DNA of 52,006 nucleotides, taken from the NCBI RefSeq assembly GCF_006345805.1, contig NW_021834023.1:1-52006 (forward strand). The letters are read 5' to 3'. Source of the DNA: Octopus sinensis (taxonomy: Eukaryota). The position numbers and the translations under genes were made by a program. Positions 1-11,400 of this stretch are shown here, piece by piece. Under the pieces are notes generated by a model. The model was not told the DNA's origin, did no database searches, and saw only the letters and a list, made by a program, of their open reading frames with translations. Numbering within the stretch: position 1 is the first letter of the stretch; every line of letters begins with the position of its first letter.

Positions 1-208
1 CATTTAATTATAGAATAAACATATAACCGCAAGATGGAACAAAATTCATATGTACAGCACGTGATAATAATAATAATATATGGTATGGTGCGAGAAAAAT
101 TCTTATCATTAAAAATTTAGATTAATATTTTAGCGATTCAAAGAGAATACATTTATAAAAGACGTAGAAAGTAAAATATAATATAAGTAATATATAAAAA
201 TATATAGG

Positions 209-2914
209 TACATATCGTGCTACATATCGCCCTCCAGATGCCCCAAGTCATATGGGCAAGTTTGAGGACTGCCTTTTAAAAATAGAAGAAGTTCTAACCA
301 CATTAGAAACAACATAAGTGTACTTCTCATGGGAGACTTCAATCTACCGAATGTCAGATGGCCCGAGGGCCTTTCTCTCCCAGGAATGACAAGATGTGAA
401 CGAGGACAGGCGAGGTCCCTCCTGAACCTCACCAACACCCTGTACATGGAGCAAGTAATACTCCAACCAACCAGAGCGGGTAACACACTGGATCTCTGCT
501 TCACAAATAATATGGATCTCATCCATAATGTGAAAGTGACACCGACACTACTCTCGGATCACAACATGGTAGAGCTGACCATGTACGGGCCAAAAGAGAG
601 CACGGACATGCAGCCTACAAGAAACCCTCAGAATCTTTCCAGCTTGAACTTCAATAAGGCAAACTGGAAACAAATTGAGAAAGAGATCCTCAAACAAAAC
701 TGGCCTGAATGTCTCTCCTCGCCGGACATCGACATGATACTTCAACAATTCATGTCTGTAATGCAAGCCATATGCTACAAATGTGTCCCAGAGAGAAAGG
801 CCACTGTACACAAGAACAAATCCCCAGAGAGAGAAAAATTTTAATGAGACGGCGTACAAAAATCTCAAATCGCCTAAAGAAACAAATTGAAAGCAGTGAA
901 AAGTCCCGCCTGAAAATAAAACTGTTGGAAATTGAAAATTGTCTGCAACTCTCCCATGAGAAGGAAAGAGCAGACAAAGAAGCCTGGGCTATAGACAACA
1001 TAAAAACTAACCCCAGAGCTTTCTACAGGTATGCCAAAGAAACACTACGGTGCACTGTAGGATAGGGCCACTCCTTGAAAAGGATGGCACACTCACAGGA
1101 AAACCAATGAGGGTAAGTGAAATACTGAATGAACAATCAAGAGTGTTTTCACTCCACCCCTTGGGCATTTCCAAATCAGCATCCAACTGACTTTTTTACC
1201 ACTGCAGATATAGAATCAGAGGCGGCGACGTTAAATTACATCAATATAAAGGAAGACGATGTAATAAGGCTATAGATGAAATGAAAATAGACTCCTATTG
1301 GCCCCGATTCCCGCAATCCTCCTAAAAGTATGTAAGAGAGTCTTAGCAAGACCACTGCAGTTCCTCTTTCAGAGCTTCCTTGCAGCTGGCAAACTTCCAA
1401 GAAAACTGAAGGAAGGTAAAATATGCCCTATTCATAAAGGAGGTAGCAGAGCGGAGGCCAAGAACTACAGACCTATCTCTCTGACCTCACACATCAGCAA
1501 GGTCATGGAACGAATAGTCAGAAGGAAACTAATCACCTTCCTTGAAGAAAATGACTTGCTGCCTGACACCCAACATGGTTTCCGACCAGGAAGAAGCTGC
1601 TTAACTCAGCTCCTACAACACTATGACTGGTGCTGAAACAACTGCTCAACCACTCAAATGTGGAAGTCATATATCTCGACTTCGCAAAGGCCTTCGATAA
1701 AGTCGATCATGGAATGATATGTCACAACTGCGTGATCTTGGCATAGTTGGAAAACTAGGAGAATGGCTTCACGACTTTCTGAAGAATAGAAGTCAGGTGG
1801 TAGTAGCCAATGGGGCCACTTCCATTAGCACGCAATAGTGAGCGGTGTTCCACAGGGCACTCTTTTGGGACCACTACTGTTCATAATGGCCCTCTCAGAC
1901 ATGCCCTCAGCCACGCGGAGAGCCACGATCACAAGTTATGCAGATGATACAAAAGTTTCACAGGCAATACAGAACCCTGAAGACACTAGGCACCTGCAAT
2001 ATGAGCTGGACGAAATATACAATGGACTGAAAAGAATAGCATGCAGTTCAATGCTGAAAAGTTTCAAGCTTTATACTATCAGCATGCAAAACTGAATGCA
2101 ATACCCAAGGAATACACTGGACCCGGAGGGATTGCAATCCCAGAGGCACAATCAGTGCGTGACCTGGGTATTTACATGAGTGATGACGCGACCTTTCATG
2201 TACATGTTGCTAAACTGACAGTGAAATGCAGACGGCTGGCTGGATGGATTCTTAGAACCTTTAGAACAAGAGAACAAGAAACCCATGATGGTCCTCTGGA
2301 AGACACTTGTCCTAAGTCACTTTGACTATTGCTCTCAGCTATGGTCACCATCCAGTGTCAAGTTGATCACAGAACTTGAGGCGATCCAACGAAGCTACAC
2401 GAAGAAGATAGCCTCTATGCAGAATGTAGCTACTGGGAAAGACTCAAGAGATTAAAATTATATTCCCTGGAGCGTAGGCGGGAAAGATATGCCATAATAT
2501 ACATCTGGAAGATCCTGGAGGGAAGTGTCCTGAACTTTGGCATCGAGAGTTACGCAAACGCCAGAACTGGGCGCCACTGCGTGGTGCCTAGGACTCCAAA
2601 CTTGCCATCAAGATGTAGGACAAGATTCTGTGATAGCCTGGGCTTCCGAGGCCCACAGCTCTTCAATATCCTCCCGATGAACCTGAGAGACCTGCATGGG
2701 GTGGATACAGATGTCTTTAAATGGAGCTGGATCTCTTCCTGTCAGGTGTCCCAGATGAACCAACTTCACGGCAGGAGGGGCAGATGAGGGCAGCTGCATC
2801 GAACTCTCTCATGCACCAAATAGCAGTTGCTAGAAAGCCTCCATGAAGTGAAACCAAGTAGCAACACCAAATGGCGGTGCCCCAGCATGGCCACAGCTCA
2901 TAAGCTGAAACTGG

Positions 2915-2946
<32 letters not shown>
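209..2946 (+). mobile_element. 5'-truncated CR1-clade non-LTR retrotransposon (ORF2: APE endonuclease plus RT), frameshifted, with (TCAA)n tail
   Basis: Endonuclease motifs YRPP (~219), MGDFNLP, LDLCFTN and SDH. RT motifs NYRPISLTS, QHGFRPGRSC, YLDFAKAFDKVDH, SGVPQGTLLGPLLF and YADDTK. C-terminal SLERRRER. (TCAA)n at ~2916-2946. Probable TSD atataaaaatata(ta)gg at 192-208 and 2947-2961. Confidence 0.92.
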
Positions 2947-2948
<2 letters not shown>

Positions 2949-3621
2949 ATAAAAATATAGGCATATAAAAATATATAAATATATATAAAACATATATAAA
3001 TATATTTACATATAGGAGCATATAAAAATATAATATATATATATATATATCGTGTAAATAAGTAAAATAATGTTCATCGTTTAGAAATCCTAATCAGGTA
3101 AAATAAGCCTTATATATAAGAAGGAAATGTTTACTTATCCCTATGGCCATTTCAGGGGTGTATTATGTTTAAAGCACTAGGGTGCATTCAGATAATACCT
3201 CCTTAGTCAGGGGAAAAATATATATAAATGGCCATAGGGATAAGTAAACATTTCCTTCTTATATATAAGGCTTATTTTACCTGATTAGGATGTCTAAACG
3301 ATGAACATTATTTTACTTTATTTACACGATATAATATATATATATTATATTTTTATATGCTCCTATATGTAAATATATTTATATATGTTTTATATATATT
3401 TATATATTTTTATATGCCTATATTTTTTATTATCTATATATTTTTCTATATACTTATATTATATTTTACTTTCTACGTCTTTTATAAATGTATTCTCTTT
3501 GAATCGCTAAAATATTAATTCTAAATTTTTAATGATAAGAATTTTTCTCGCACCATACCATATATTATTATTATTATCACGTGCTGTCATATGAATTTTG
3601 TTCCATCTTGCGGGTTATATG

Positions 3622-3627
3622 TTTATT
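3622..3627 (-). terminator. Candidate poly(A) signal AATAAA of the Ig-like gene
   Basis: Minus-strand AATAAA about 100 nt downstream of the candidate stop at 3728-3730. The region is AT-rich, so a chance match is possible. Confidence 0.3.
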
Positions 3628-3727
3628 CTATAATTAAATGTTCGAATTATGAATGACAGGCGGTTGACTTTGTATTTGCTGTTCAATAACTTAGTTTGAT
3701 ATTTTTGTCTCTTCCAATAGAGCACTT

Positions 3728-3759
3728 CTATTGCAGTCCTATTAAACCATTTTTTGTTC
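3728..3759 (-). CDS. Tentative last coding exon (G)TKNGLIGLQ* of the Ig-like receptor
   Basis: Acceptor aattgtttcttgtcag at 3760-3761; phase-1 reading gives [13 protein letters not shown], followed by AATAAA. No homology support. Confidence 0.35.
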
Positions 3760-3780
3760 CTGACAAGAAACAATTATTGT

Positions 3781-3826
<46 letters not shown>

Positions 3827-4254
3827 CATGGCCACAGCTCATAAGCTGAAACTGAATCAATCAATCATATCTATATATATATCTATCTATATATATATAT
3901 ATATATATATCTATATATATATCTATCTATCTATATATATATCTATATATATATCTATCTATATATATATATATCTATATATATATCTATCTATAATATA
4001 TATATATATCTATATATATATCTATCTATATATATACATATCTATATATATATCTATCTATATATATATATACATTATATATATATATATCTATCATATA
4101 TATCTATCTATATATATATATCTATATATATATATATACATAATTATATATATATATATTATATATATCTATATATATATCTATCTATATATATATATAT
4201 ACATCTATATATATATCTATCTATATATATATATACATCATATATATATCTATC

Positions 4255-4290
<36 letters not shown>

Positions 4291-4317
4291 CATATATATA
4301 TACATATATATATATAC

Positions 4318-4348
<31 letters not shown>

Positions 4349-4558
4349 CTATATATATACATATATATATATACATATATATATACACATATATATATAT
4401 ACATATATATATATACACATTATATATATACATATATATACACTATAATATATATACATAATATATATACACTATATATTCTCATATAATATATACATAT
4501 ATATATATATACATATATATATACATACATAGATATATACATACATATATATATATAC

Positions 4559-4589
<31 letters not shown>

Positions 4590-4740
4590 CATATATATAT
4601 ATACATATATTATATCATATATATATATATATATATATATATACTATATATATATATATATACACACATATATATCTACATACATAGATATATATACATA
4701 TTATATATATACATATATATATATAATATATATATTATAC

Positions 4741-4792
<52 letters not shown>

Positions 4793-4953
4793 AATATACA
4801 TATATATATATACATATATATAATATATGTATATATATATCTATATCTATATATATATCTATAGATATATATATAATATATATAATATATATATATCTAT
4901 ATCTATATCTTATATCTATATATATATAATATCTATATATAATATAATATATA

Positions 4954-4999
<46 letters not shown>

Positions 5000-5176
5000 C
5001 TATATGTATATATATATCTATATATATATATATATATATATATCTATATATCTATCTATATATATATATATCTATATCTATATATCTATCTAATATATAT
5101 ATATCTATATCTAATATATATATATATATATTATATATATATATATATATAATATCTATATATATCTATATATCTA

Positions 5177-5220
<44 letters not shown>

Positions 5221-5240
5221 ATGTGTGTGTGGTGTGTGTG
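3781..5240. repeat. Long interrupted (AT)n microsatellite with an embedded 42-nt CR1 3' tail (3825-3866)
   Basis: Direct reading. agcatggccacagctcataagctgaaactgaatcaatcaatc matches the LINE end at 2884-2926. Confidence 0.95.
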
Positions 5241-5549
5241 TGTGGAGGCGCAATGGCCCAGTGGTTAGGGCAACGGACTCGCGGTCGTAGGATCGCGGTT
5301 TCGATTCCAGACCGGGCATTGTGAGTGTTTATTGAGCGAAAACACCCGAAGCTCCACGAGGCTCCGGCAGGGGGTGGTGGCGATCCCTGCTGTACTCTTC
5401 CGTCGCAACTTTCACTCTTTCTTCTGTTGGCCTGCTCGCTTAGCCAGCGGGGTGGCGTCACTCGAAGGCTATAACAATGTGAAGCGCATTGTGACCAGCG
5501 ATGTGTAGCAACATCTGATAGCCTGGTCGGCCACGGTGATCATGGTGAT
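5241..5549 (+). mobile_element. tRNA-derived SINE (Arg-like head 'tgtggaggcgcaatggcccagtgg'), tail type C
   Basis: A-box/B-box-like motifs; the same head recurs at 44944-45735, 49745-50480 and, in variant form, 10721-11035 and 42645-43300. Confidence 0.85.
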
Positions 5550-5606
5550 ATATATATATATATAGATATATATATATATATAGATATATATATATAATAT
5601 TATATA

Positions 5607-5643
<37 letters not shown>

Positions 5644-5646
<3 letters not shown>

Positions 5647-5785
5647 CCGGAGTAAACACATAAATGTGAAATAAGGTGGAAAAAAAGAGTACTCAAATAC
5701 CAGGGGTAGAGTAATATGCTTTATTTAAAAGCAGCAGAAATTCAACAAAACCTGTTACTTGGAGTTTCACGTTCCCGTTCGTCGT
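5644..5785 (-). mobile_element. Penelope-like pseudo-LTR fragment with truncated hammerhead-like motif (5752-5784)
   Basis: Homologous to 14638-14806. Minus strand reads cgacga-acg-ggaa-cgt-gaaa-ctccaag-ta-acag. Confidence 0.55.
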
Positions 5786-6446
5786 ATACTGGTAGAATGT
5801 GTTTATAAAACATCTTTTTCTCTTGGCTTTATTGAGAAGATTCTATAGTTTGTAAGATATTTGTTGTTTTTTTTCTTCAATTTCTGCAATTTCAACCAAT
5901 CAATGACGTCTAATGAGGTAAAAAAATTCCGTGCCGTATGAATATGTCCCTCGTTTAAGAAACAGATTGGGTTTATTTACATTTCTGAAGAAAAAAAAAT
6001 ACTCTTCCCCCCACCCCTAACCCTAAAACAGATTGAAATGCAATAGATCGATACTAGGGTCATAATTATGGGTGACAATTTCATATGACACCGCTAGGAA
6101 AAACTGCCGTTCAAACCGAAAAGATCCGAAATTAGCAACGATCAGGAAACTGCCTGGATGGTGGGGTGGTGATCTTTTTGGTAGGATGTGTAATACATCG
6201 TTGGATGCATGGGAGACAGTGAGAATCAAAATGACAACTTGTTTACAGGCCTTGGGAGTGGATTTGGAAAACGGAAACTGTGTTGAAGCCCCTGGTTTAA
6301 GTATGCGTGTCTATGTGTTTGTCCCACACCCCATCACTTGACAACTGGTGTTGTTTGGTTTTTTCCAAGGTTATTTGCAATAAAGGCAGTGTATTTCAAC
6401 TGAAGTCATCATCATAATCATCATCATCATCATAATAGCTCAAACG

Positions 6447-6645
6447 CGACGAGCTGGCAGAAACGTTAGCACAGGAGTGGCTGTGTGGTAAGTAGCTTGC
6501 TTACCAACCACATGGTTCCGGGTTCAGTCCCACTGCATGACATCTTGGGCAAGTGTCTTCTGCTATAGCCCCGGGCTGACCAAAGCCTTGTGAGTGGATT
6601 TGGTAGACGGAAACTGAAAGAAGCCTGTCGTATATATGTGTATAT

Positions 6646-6676
<31 letters not shown>

Positions 6677-6864
6677 CAATGATGATGATGATGGCAGCAG
6701 TAGCAGTGGTGGTGGTGGTGGTGGTAGTGTGTATTAATGGGAAGAAAAACGAGGAAAAGGCAAAACTTAATGACACAACTTCTCAAGCGTCTTACTTAAT
6801 CAACTGTTGTTAACTGCCAAAATAACATTAATTAAGTATAATCTTATTAAGTGTTTGAGTCCCA

Positions 6865-6899
<35 letters not shown>

Positions 6900-7455
6900 A
6901 TATGTTTGTGTCTGTGTTTGTCCCCCTAGCATTGCTTGACAACCGATGTTGGTGTGTTTACGTCCCCGTCACTTAGCGGTTCGGCAAAAGAGACCGATAG
7001 AATAAGTACTGGGCTTACAAAGAATAAGTCCCGGGGTTGATTTGCTCGACTAAAGGCGGTGCTCCAGCATGGCCGCAGTCAAATGACTGAAACAAGTAAA
7101 AGAGTAAACTTAGCGATGTGGCAAAAGAGACCGATAGAATAAGTACTAGGCTTCAAAGAATAAGTCCTGGGGTCGATTTGCTCGACTAAAGGCGGTGCTC
7201 CAGCATGGCCGCAGTCAAATGACTGAAACAAGTAAAAGAGTAAAGAGTAAAGAGAGACCACTGGGCGAAATGCTTAGTGGTATTTCGTCAGCCGCTACGT
7301 TCTGAGTTCAAATTCCGTTGAGGTCGACTTTGCCTTTCATCTTTTCGGGGTCGATAAATAAAGTACCAGTTTCGCACTGGGGTCGATGTAATCGACTTAA
7401 TCCCTCTGTCCTTGTTTGTCCCCTCTATGTTTAGCTCCTTGTAGGTAGAAAAGAA
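6447..7455 (+). mobile_element. Nested SINEs: CORE-like SINE (6473-7253, duplicated tail) inserted into a Deu/Nin-like SINE (6447-6472 plus 7258-7455)
   Basis: The outer element breaks after gttagcac and resumes at ctgggcgaaatg. The inner element has the aggagtggctgtgtggtaag head, the ttgggcaagtg core and the (AAAAGAGT) tail. Confidence 0.85.
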
Positions 7456-7483
7456 TTACATAATAGCTCAAAGTTCGTCTACC

Positions 7484-7680
7484 ATGCTGGCATGGGTTGG
7501 ACGGTTTGACAGGATCTGGTCACCTGAGGAACTGTCCCAACTCCAATTGCCTGTTGTCGCATGGTTCCAACAACCGGATGCCCTTCCTAGCACCAGCCAC
7601 TCTATAGAATATGCTGTATGCTTTTTACGTGCTACCAGCTCAAATGCATTTTACTTGGCACCGGCACCTGTAAAGGACAA
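7484..7680 (-). mobile_element. Fragment of an RTE-tailed SINE-like repeat
   Basis: Reverse complement of part of 9384-9720 (ggttggacggtttgac; caaccggatgcccttcct). Confidence 0.7.
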
Positions 7681-7904
7681 CAATTATGGTAACAAACAGG
7701 TTAAACTGATCCAAATTAAAACCTTCCATTCAGAATTTCCTGTTAATTTATGTTTAATCTATGTTAATTTATGTTTAATTTATGTTAATTTATGTCTAAT
7801 ATGTTAATTTATGTTCCAAACACCAGATTAATAATGGCAAAGCTATTTTACGAAATTTTTCACCATTTTCAAAAATGATTGAAAAAAGCAGAGCATTTCA
7901 GTGG

Positions 7905-8200
7905 AAGTCATCATCAATCGCATCATCCTCATCAATCATCAATCAATATCAATCATCATCAAGCATCATCAATCACCAATCAACATCATCAATCACCATC
8001 ACCCATCATCAATCACCATCACTCATCATCAATCACCATCACTCATCATCAATCACAACCACTCGTCATCAATCACGTCATCCTCATCAATCAACATCAA
8101 TCAACATCAATCATCATCAATCGCGTCATCATCCTCATCAATCAACATCATCAATCAACATCAATCATCCTCATCAATTGTCATCATCAACAACGACAAC
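7905..8200. repeat. Degenerate (ATC)n/(ATCA)n microsatellite
   Basis: Direct reading; a similar tract with the same acattctaacgtccacttttccatgc flank lies at 12040-12335. Confidence 0.9.
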
Positions 8201-8408
8201 ATTCTAACGTCCACTTTTCCATGCTTGTATTGGACAAGCAAGAGTAAGATGGAGCAGAGTTTTGGAAAAGGTGATGCCAAACCAACGATGATGATGATGA
8301 TGATGTTACATAAAATATGGAGGTAGTTTATGCAAAAACCAACAATTCTACCCGGATCAGTGAAAGTCAGTAGTAAGGTTGGCCAATATCAGTTCTGGTC
8401 TTTCTTAC

Positions 8409-8684
8409 CAGATACGCACTGGGTGATAGAAGTTTTGACCTTAATGAATGCCTTGCATTTGAATATGACAACGAAGGCTATGATAACGATGGCTACAAAT
8501 CCAAGTATACAAATGATGACGATGGCATAGGTTGGTAAGCTGTTTTCTGATCCATTAGTTTCAGCATCTTTTGTTGTCGTCGTTTCTGTTTTATCACCTG
8601 CAAAAGATGAATAGTAAATTGTTTCAGCATCTTTTGTTGTCGTTGTTTCAGCATCTTTTGTTGTCGTTGTTTCTGTTTTTTCAC
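8409..8684 (-). CDS. Stalk plus transmembrane exon; alternative in-frame acceptors at 8684 (long) and 8597 (short)
   Basis: Both acceptors read ttcatcttttgcag|gtga and are 87 nt apart. Thr-rich ETTTTKDA repeats, a hydrophobic LPTYAIVIICILGFVAIVIIAFVVIF segment, then KCK. Donor tctg|gtaaga, phase 1. Confidence 0.85.
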
Positions 8685-8769
8685 CTGCAAAAGATGAACA
8701 GCAAAACATATACTTTTTAAGCAATAATAAATCTCAGAGCGAGTTATAAACGGTAGCTGCAACACATCG

Positions 8770-8966
8770 TGACGTATATTTGCCATTTAAATATGGCTAA
8801 CCCCTAAGGGTGGATGCTACTGTAGTTTGTAGCCCCAGGAGGACACCTCCTCCAGCTGTAGCCAGTGTGTCTATAGCCAGGTGGAGAAGGTGTCCTGCTG
8901 GGGCTACAAACTACAGTAGCATCCATCCTTAGGGGTTAGCCATATTTAAATGGCAAATATACGTCA
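8770..8966. mobile_element. Fold-back/MITE-like 197-bp near-perfect palindrome
   Basis: tgacgtatatttgccatttaaatatggctaacccctaag... pairs with ...cttaggggttagccatatttaaatggcaaatatacgtca; pairing continues almost to a ~9-nt loop. Confidence 0.85.
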
Positions 8967-9340
8967 TATACTTTTTGTTTTTAATTTTTAAAAATAGTAA
9001 TATCAGCCAGGTTTAACCCTTTTCATACCATCCTGCTTAAAATTGGTTTTGTTTCTATTGTACAAATCCTCAGTTTTGAAGAGATTTAAAGAAAACCTTC
9101 CTTATGTTCCAAACAATAGTTGTGAGCTGGGAGAATTGTTGCTGCACCAGAAAAAAAAGTTCAGTGGAATTTCTTCTGACTCTTTCACTCCTGGGTTCAA
9201 ATACTGCAAAGGTCAGCTCTTTGCCTTTCATCCTTTTGGGTTTGATGAAATAAAGGACCGGCTAAATATACCCAAATTAATGTAATCAAAGAACCACTTC
9301 CACATGAAATTCATGACCTTGTACCAAAGTTAGAAAGAAC

Positions 9341-9383
<43 letters not shown>

Positions 9384-9384
<1 letters not shown>

Positions 9385-9720
9385 CGTGCCGGAAGCCTTG
9401 ACTGGCTTCCGTGCCGGTGGCACGTAAAATGCACCAATCCGATCGTGGCCGTTGCCAGCCTCGCCTGGCACCTGTGCCGGTGGCACGTAAAATGCACCAA
9501 TCCAATCGTGGCCGTTGCCAGCCTCACCTGGCACCTGTGGCTCGTAAAAAGCACCCACTACACTCACGGAGTGGTTGGCGTTAGGAAGGGCATCCAGCTG
9601 TAAAAACACTGCCAGATCAGACTGGGCCTGGTGCAGCCTTCTGGCTTCCCAGATCCCCGGTTGAACCGTCCAACCCATGCAAGCAAGGAGAACGGATGTT
9701 AAACGAAGATGATGATGATG
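9384..9720 (+). mobile_element. SINE-like repeat with RTE-type 3' end and (GAT)n tail; internal tandem duplication of ~55 bp
   Basis: ggttggcgttaggaagggcatccagctg ... aaccgtccaacccatgc ... gatgatgat; gtgccggtggcacgtaaaatgcacc occurs twice. Confidence 0.75.
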
Positions 9721-9733
9721 ATTATTATTATTA

Positions 9734-9774
<41 letters not shown>

Positions 9775-9799
9775 TTTTTAGCAAAAGTTATTTCCTTAC

Positions 9800-10048
9800 C
9801 TTTTTTCACTAAAGTATAATTTCCAGAGCAGAGATACAAGTCACAAAAACGCCAAGTCAAATCTTGTTTGGTGACATTTCGGATCAAAAGAGTAGATATG
9901 CTACCAACTTGTGTAACTTCATAGTTACCATAATTATAACAAGTCGGGTTACATTCATATCTACCGTTGTCGTTTTTCCAGAAAACAATTCCTGTCATCT
10001 CGGCTACTTCAATATGAAGTATAACATTGTGTCCTAATGCAACTGGTT
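9800..10048 (-). CDS. Ig-like domain exon 3 (membrane-proximal), 249 nt, phase 1-1
   Basis: Acceptor ctttttactttag and donor g|gtaagg. Encodes EPVALGHNVILHIEV..VFW..YECNPTC..STLLIRNVT..DLTWRF; paralogous to 13691-13939 and 38155-38406. Confidence 0.88.
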
Positions 10049-10439
10049 CTAAAGTAAAAAGATAAATCAACATTAGTGACTGGTTTCCCATATGAAAGAT
10101 TCCAGGGTTTCTTTTTTTCATCATCATCATTTTAACACCTACATTTCCGTGTTTGGGAGCAGAGTTTTCTTTGTGCATAACTGGACACTCTTCTGGTCCT
10201 AATATCCCAATCTATTGAGCAACAAAGAACCTGGATATGTTTTACCTAGTGGACTGGAAAGAAATCACACCATATAAACGAGCCTTTTGTTTACGAAGGT
10301 TGTGCAGAGTAGGATACAACAAAGTCACCATAGATGTAATCATGTTGTACAGAAAAGTGTCACATTAACAACTGATGTAGCAGCATTGTAGTCAGATGTT
10401 ATAAGCGTAAAGGAGATACTTTCAAATTGGTGGACCAGG

Positions 10440-11400
10440 TCAAGAAAGTTAGAGAGAGAGTTAAAGCCTAATTAATTAAAGACAGAATTAGACTAGATGA
10501 GATGCAGTTTGGTTTTCTGCCAGGAAGAAGGACTATTGATGTCATCTTCTTAGTAAAACAACTGCAAGAGATGTATTTAGCCAAAAGTAAATCATTGCAC
10601 TTGGTATTCGTTGACCTGGAGAAAGCTTTTGACGTGATTTGGTGGTCTCTGAGGAAGCTTGGAGATTGGGCAACAAAAGTTCTCTCAGAGTGAAAGGCTC
10701 GTTGTATGATGCTTGTATATTTTTCTTTTTTTGTTTGATCCTTCTCGAGCCATGCCTGGCTCATAAGGGCCAGTTTCCCAGTTTCCTTGACGTATAGGTT
10801 CCCCATCTGGATGGGACACCAGTCCGACGCAGGTGAGCTGCAAGATGCAGGAGGAAAGAGTAAGAGAAAGTTGTGGCGAAAGAGTCAGCAGAAGTTCGCC
10901 GTTACCTTCTGCCGGAGCCGCGTGGAGTTTAGGTGTTTCACTCATAAACACACACATTGCCCGGTCCGAGATTTGAACCCACGATCCCTCGACTGCAAGT
11001 CCGCTGCTCTAACCACTAGGCCATGTGCCTCCACAATGCTTGTATATGAACAGCAATGCTACATTATAGTGAGAGATGGGCCCTAAATGCAGAAAACATA
11101 CAAAGAATAGAGAGGAATAAAGTTAGTAGGTTCTTTTGGATGTGCAATGTCAGTGTACATACAAAAGAAAGGCATCAAAAGAAAAGTTAGGCAAAAGAGG
11201 AAACGGAGGTAGTGTACAGAAAAGGGGACAGCACTGGTATGGGATCAGCTGTTTAAAAAGGTGCTTTAAGTGGAAAGAACTTGTTGAAGAGGGAGACCCA
11301 GGAAGACATGGGACAAAGTGGTGAAGGCTGATCTCAAGATGCTGAGCCGGTTGGAGGAGATGACAAAAGACTGGGATGATTGACAAAACACAATGCTTGA
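10440..11400 (+). mobile_element. Internally deleted RTE-clade LINE fragments interrupted by a SINE
   Basis: QFGFLPGRRTIDVIFLVKQLQE..VFVDLEKAFD at 10502-10693; degenerate C-terminal region (RPRKTWDKVVKADLKML) at ~11290-11345. Confidence 0.85.
10721..11035 (-). mobile_element. tRNA-derived SINE, tail type B, with 12-bp TSD
   Basis: atgcttgtatat at 10709-10720 and 11036-11047; head tgtggaggcacatggcctagtgg. Confidence 0.9.

Larger units (their letters stand above)
1..3640. repeat. Long inverted repeat: arms 1-208 plus 2947-3152 versus 3226-3640, 73-bp loop, left arm interrupted by a LINE
   Basis: 1-~200 is the reverse complement of ~3440-3640 apart from a few 1-bp indels. 2947-3152 is the reverse complement of 3226-~3430 with very few differences. 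The left arm runs off the window edge. Confidence 0.93.

Noticed and set aside
1-3640. Mitochondrial control-region insertion (NUMT) as source of the AT-rich palindrome
   Set aside because: No recognisable mitochondrial gene, tRNA or rRNA sequence in the arms or flank.
5241-5320. tRNA-Arg gene (also 44952, 45118, 45355, 50400-50480)
   Set aside because: No intact acceptor stem or cloverleaf; always continues into SINE body sequence.
3696-5461. Long YI/IY-rich ORFs (also 47342-49137, 37211-38410, 41168-41759, 7875-8326)
   Set aside because: Translations of microsatellites that lack stops in some frames. Only the 38155-38406 part of the 37211-38344 ORF is a real exon.
6016-6027. Telomeric repeat (ccctaaccctaa)
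   Set aside because: Only two units, inside a dispersed repeat related to 45790-45960 and 51730.
6790-6830. Alternative last exon on the minus strand (ttattttggcag|ttaacaacagttga)
   Set aside because: Weak pyrimidine tract, only four codons and no supporting evidence; cannot be excluded without RNA data.
8389-8408. Stop by read-through of the TM exon (GKKDQN*)
   Set aside because: The tctg|gtaaga donor is a strong consensus, so splicing is more likely; intron retention remains possible.
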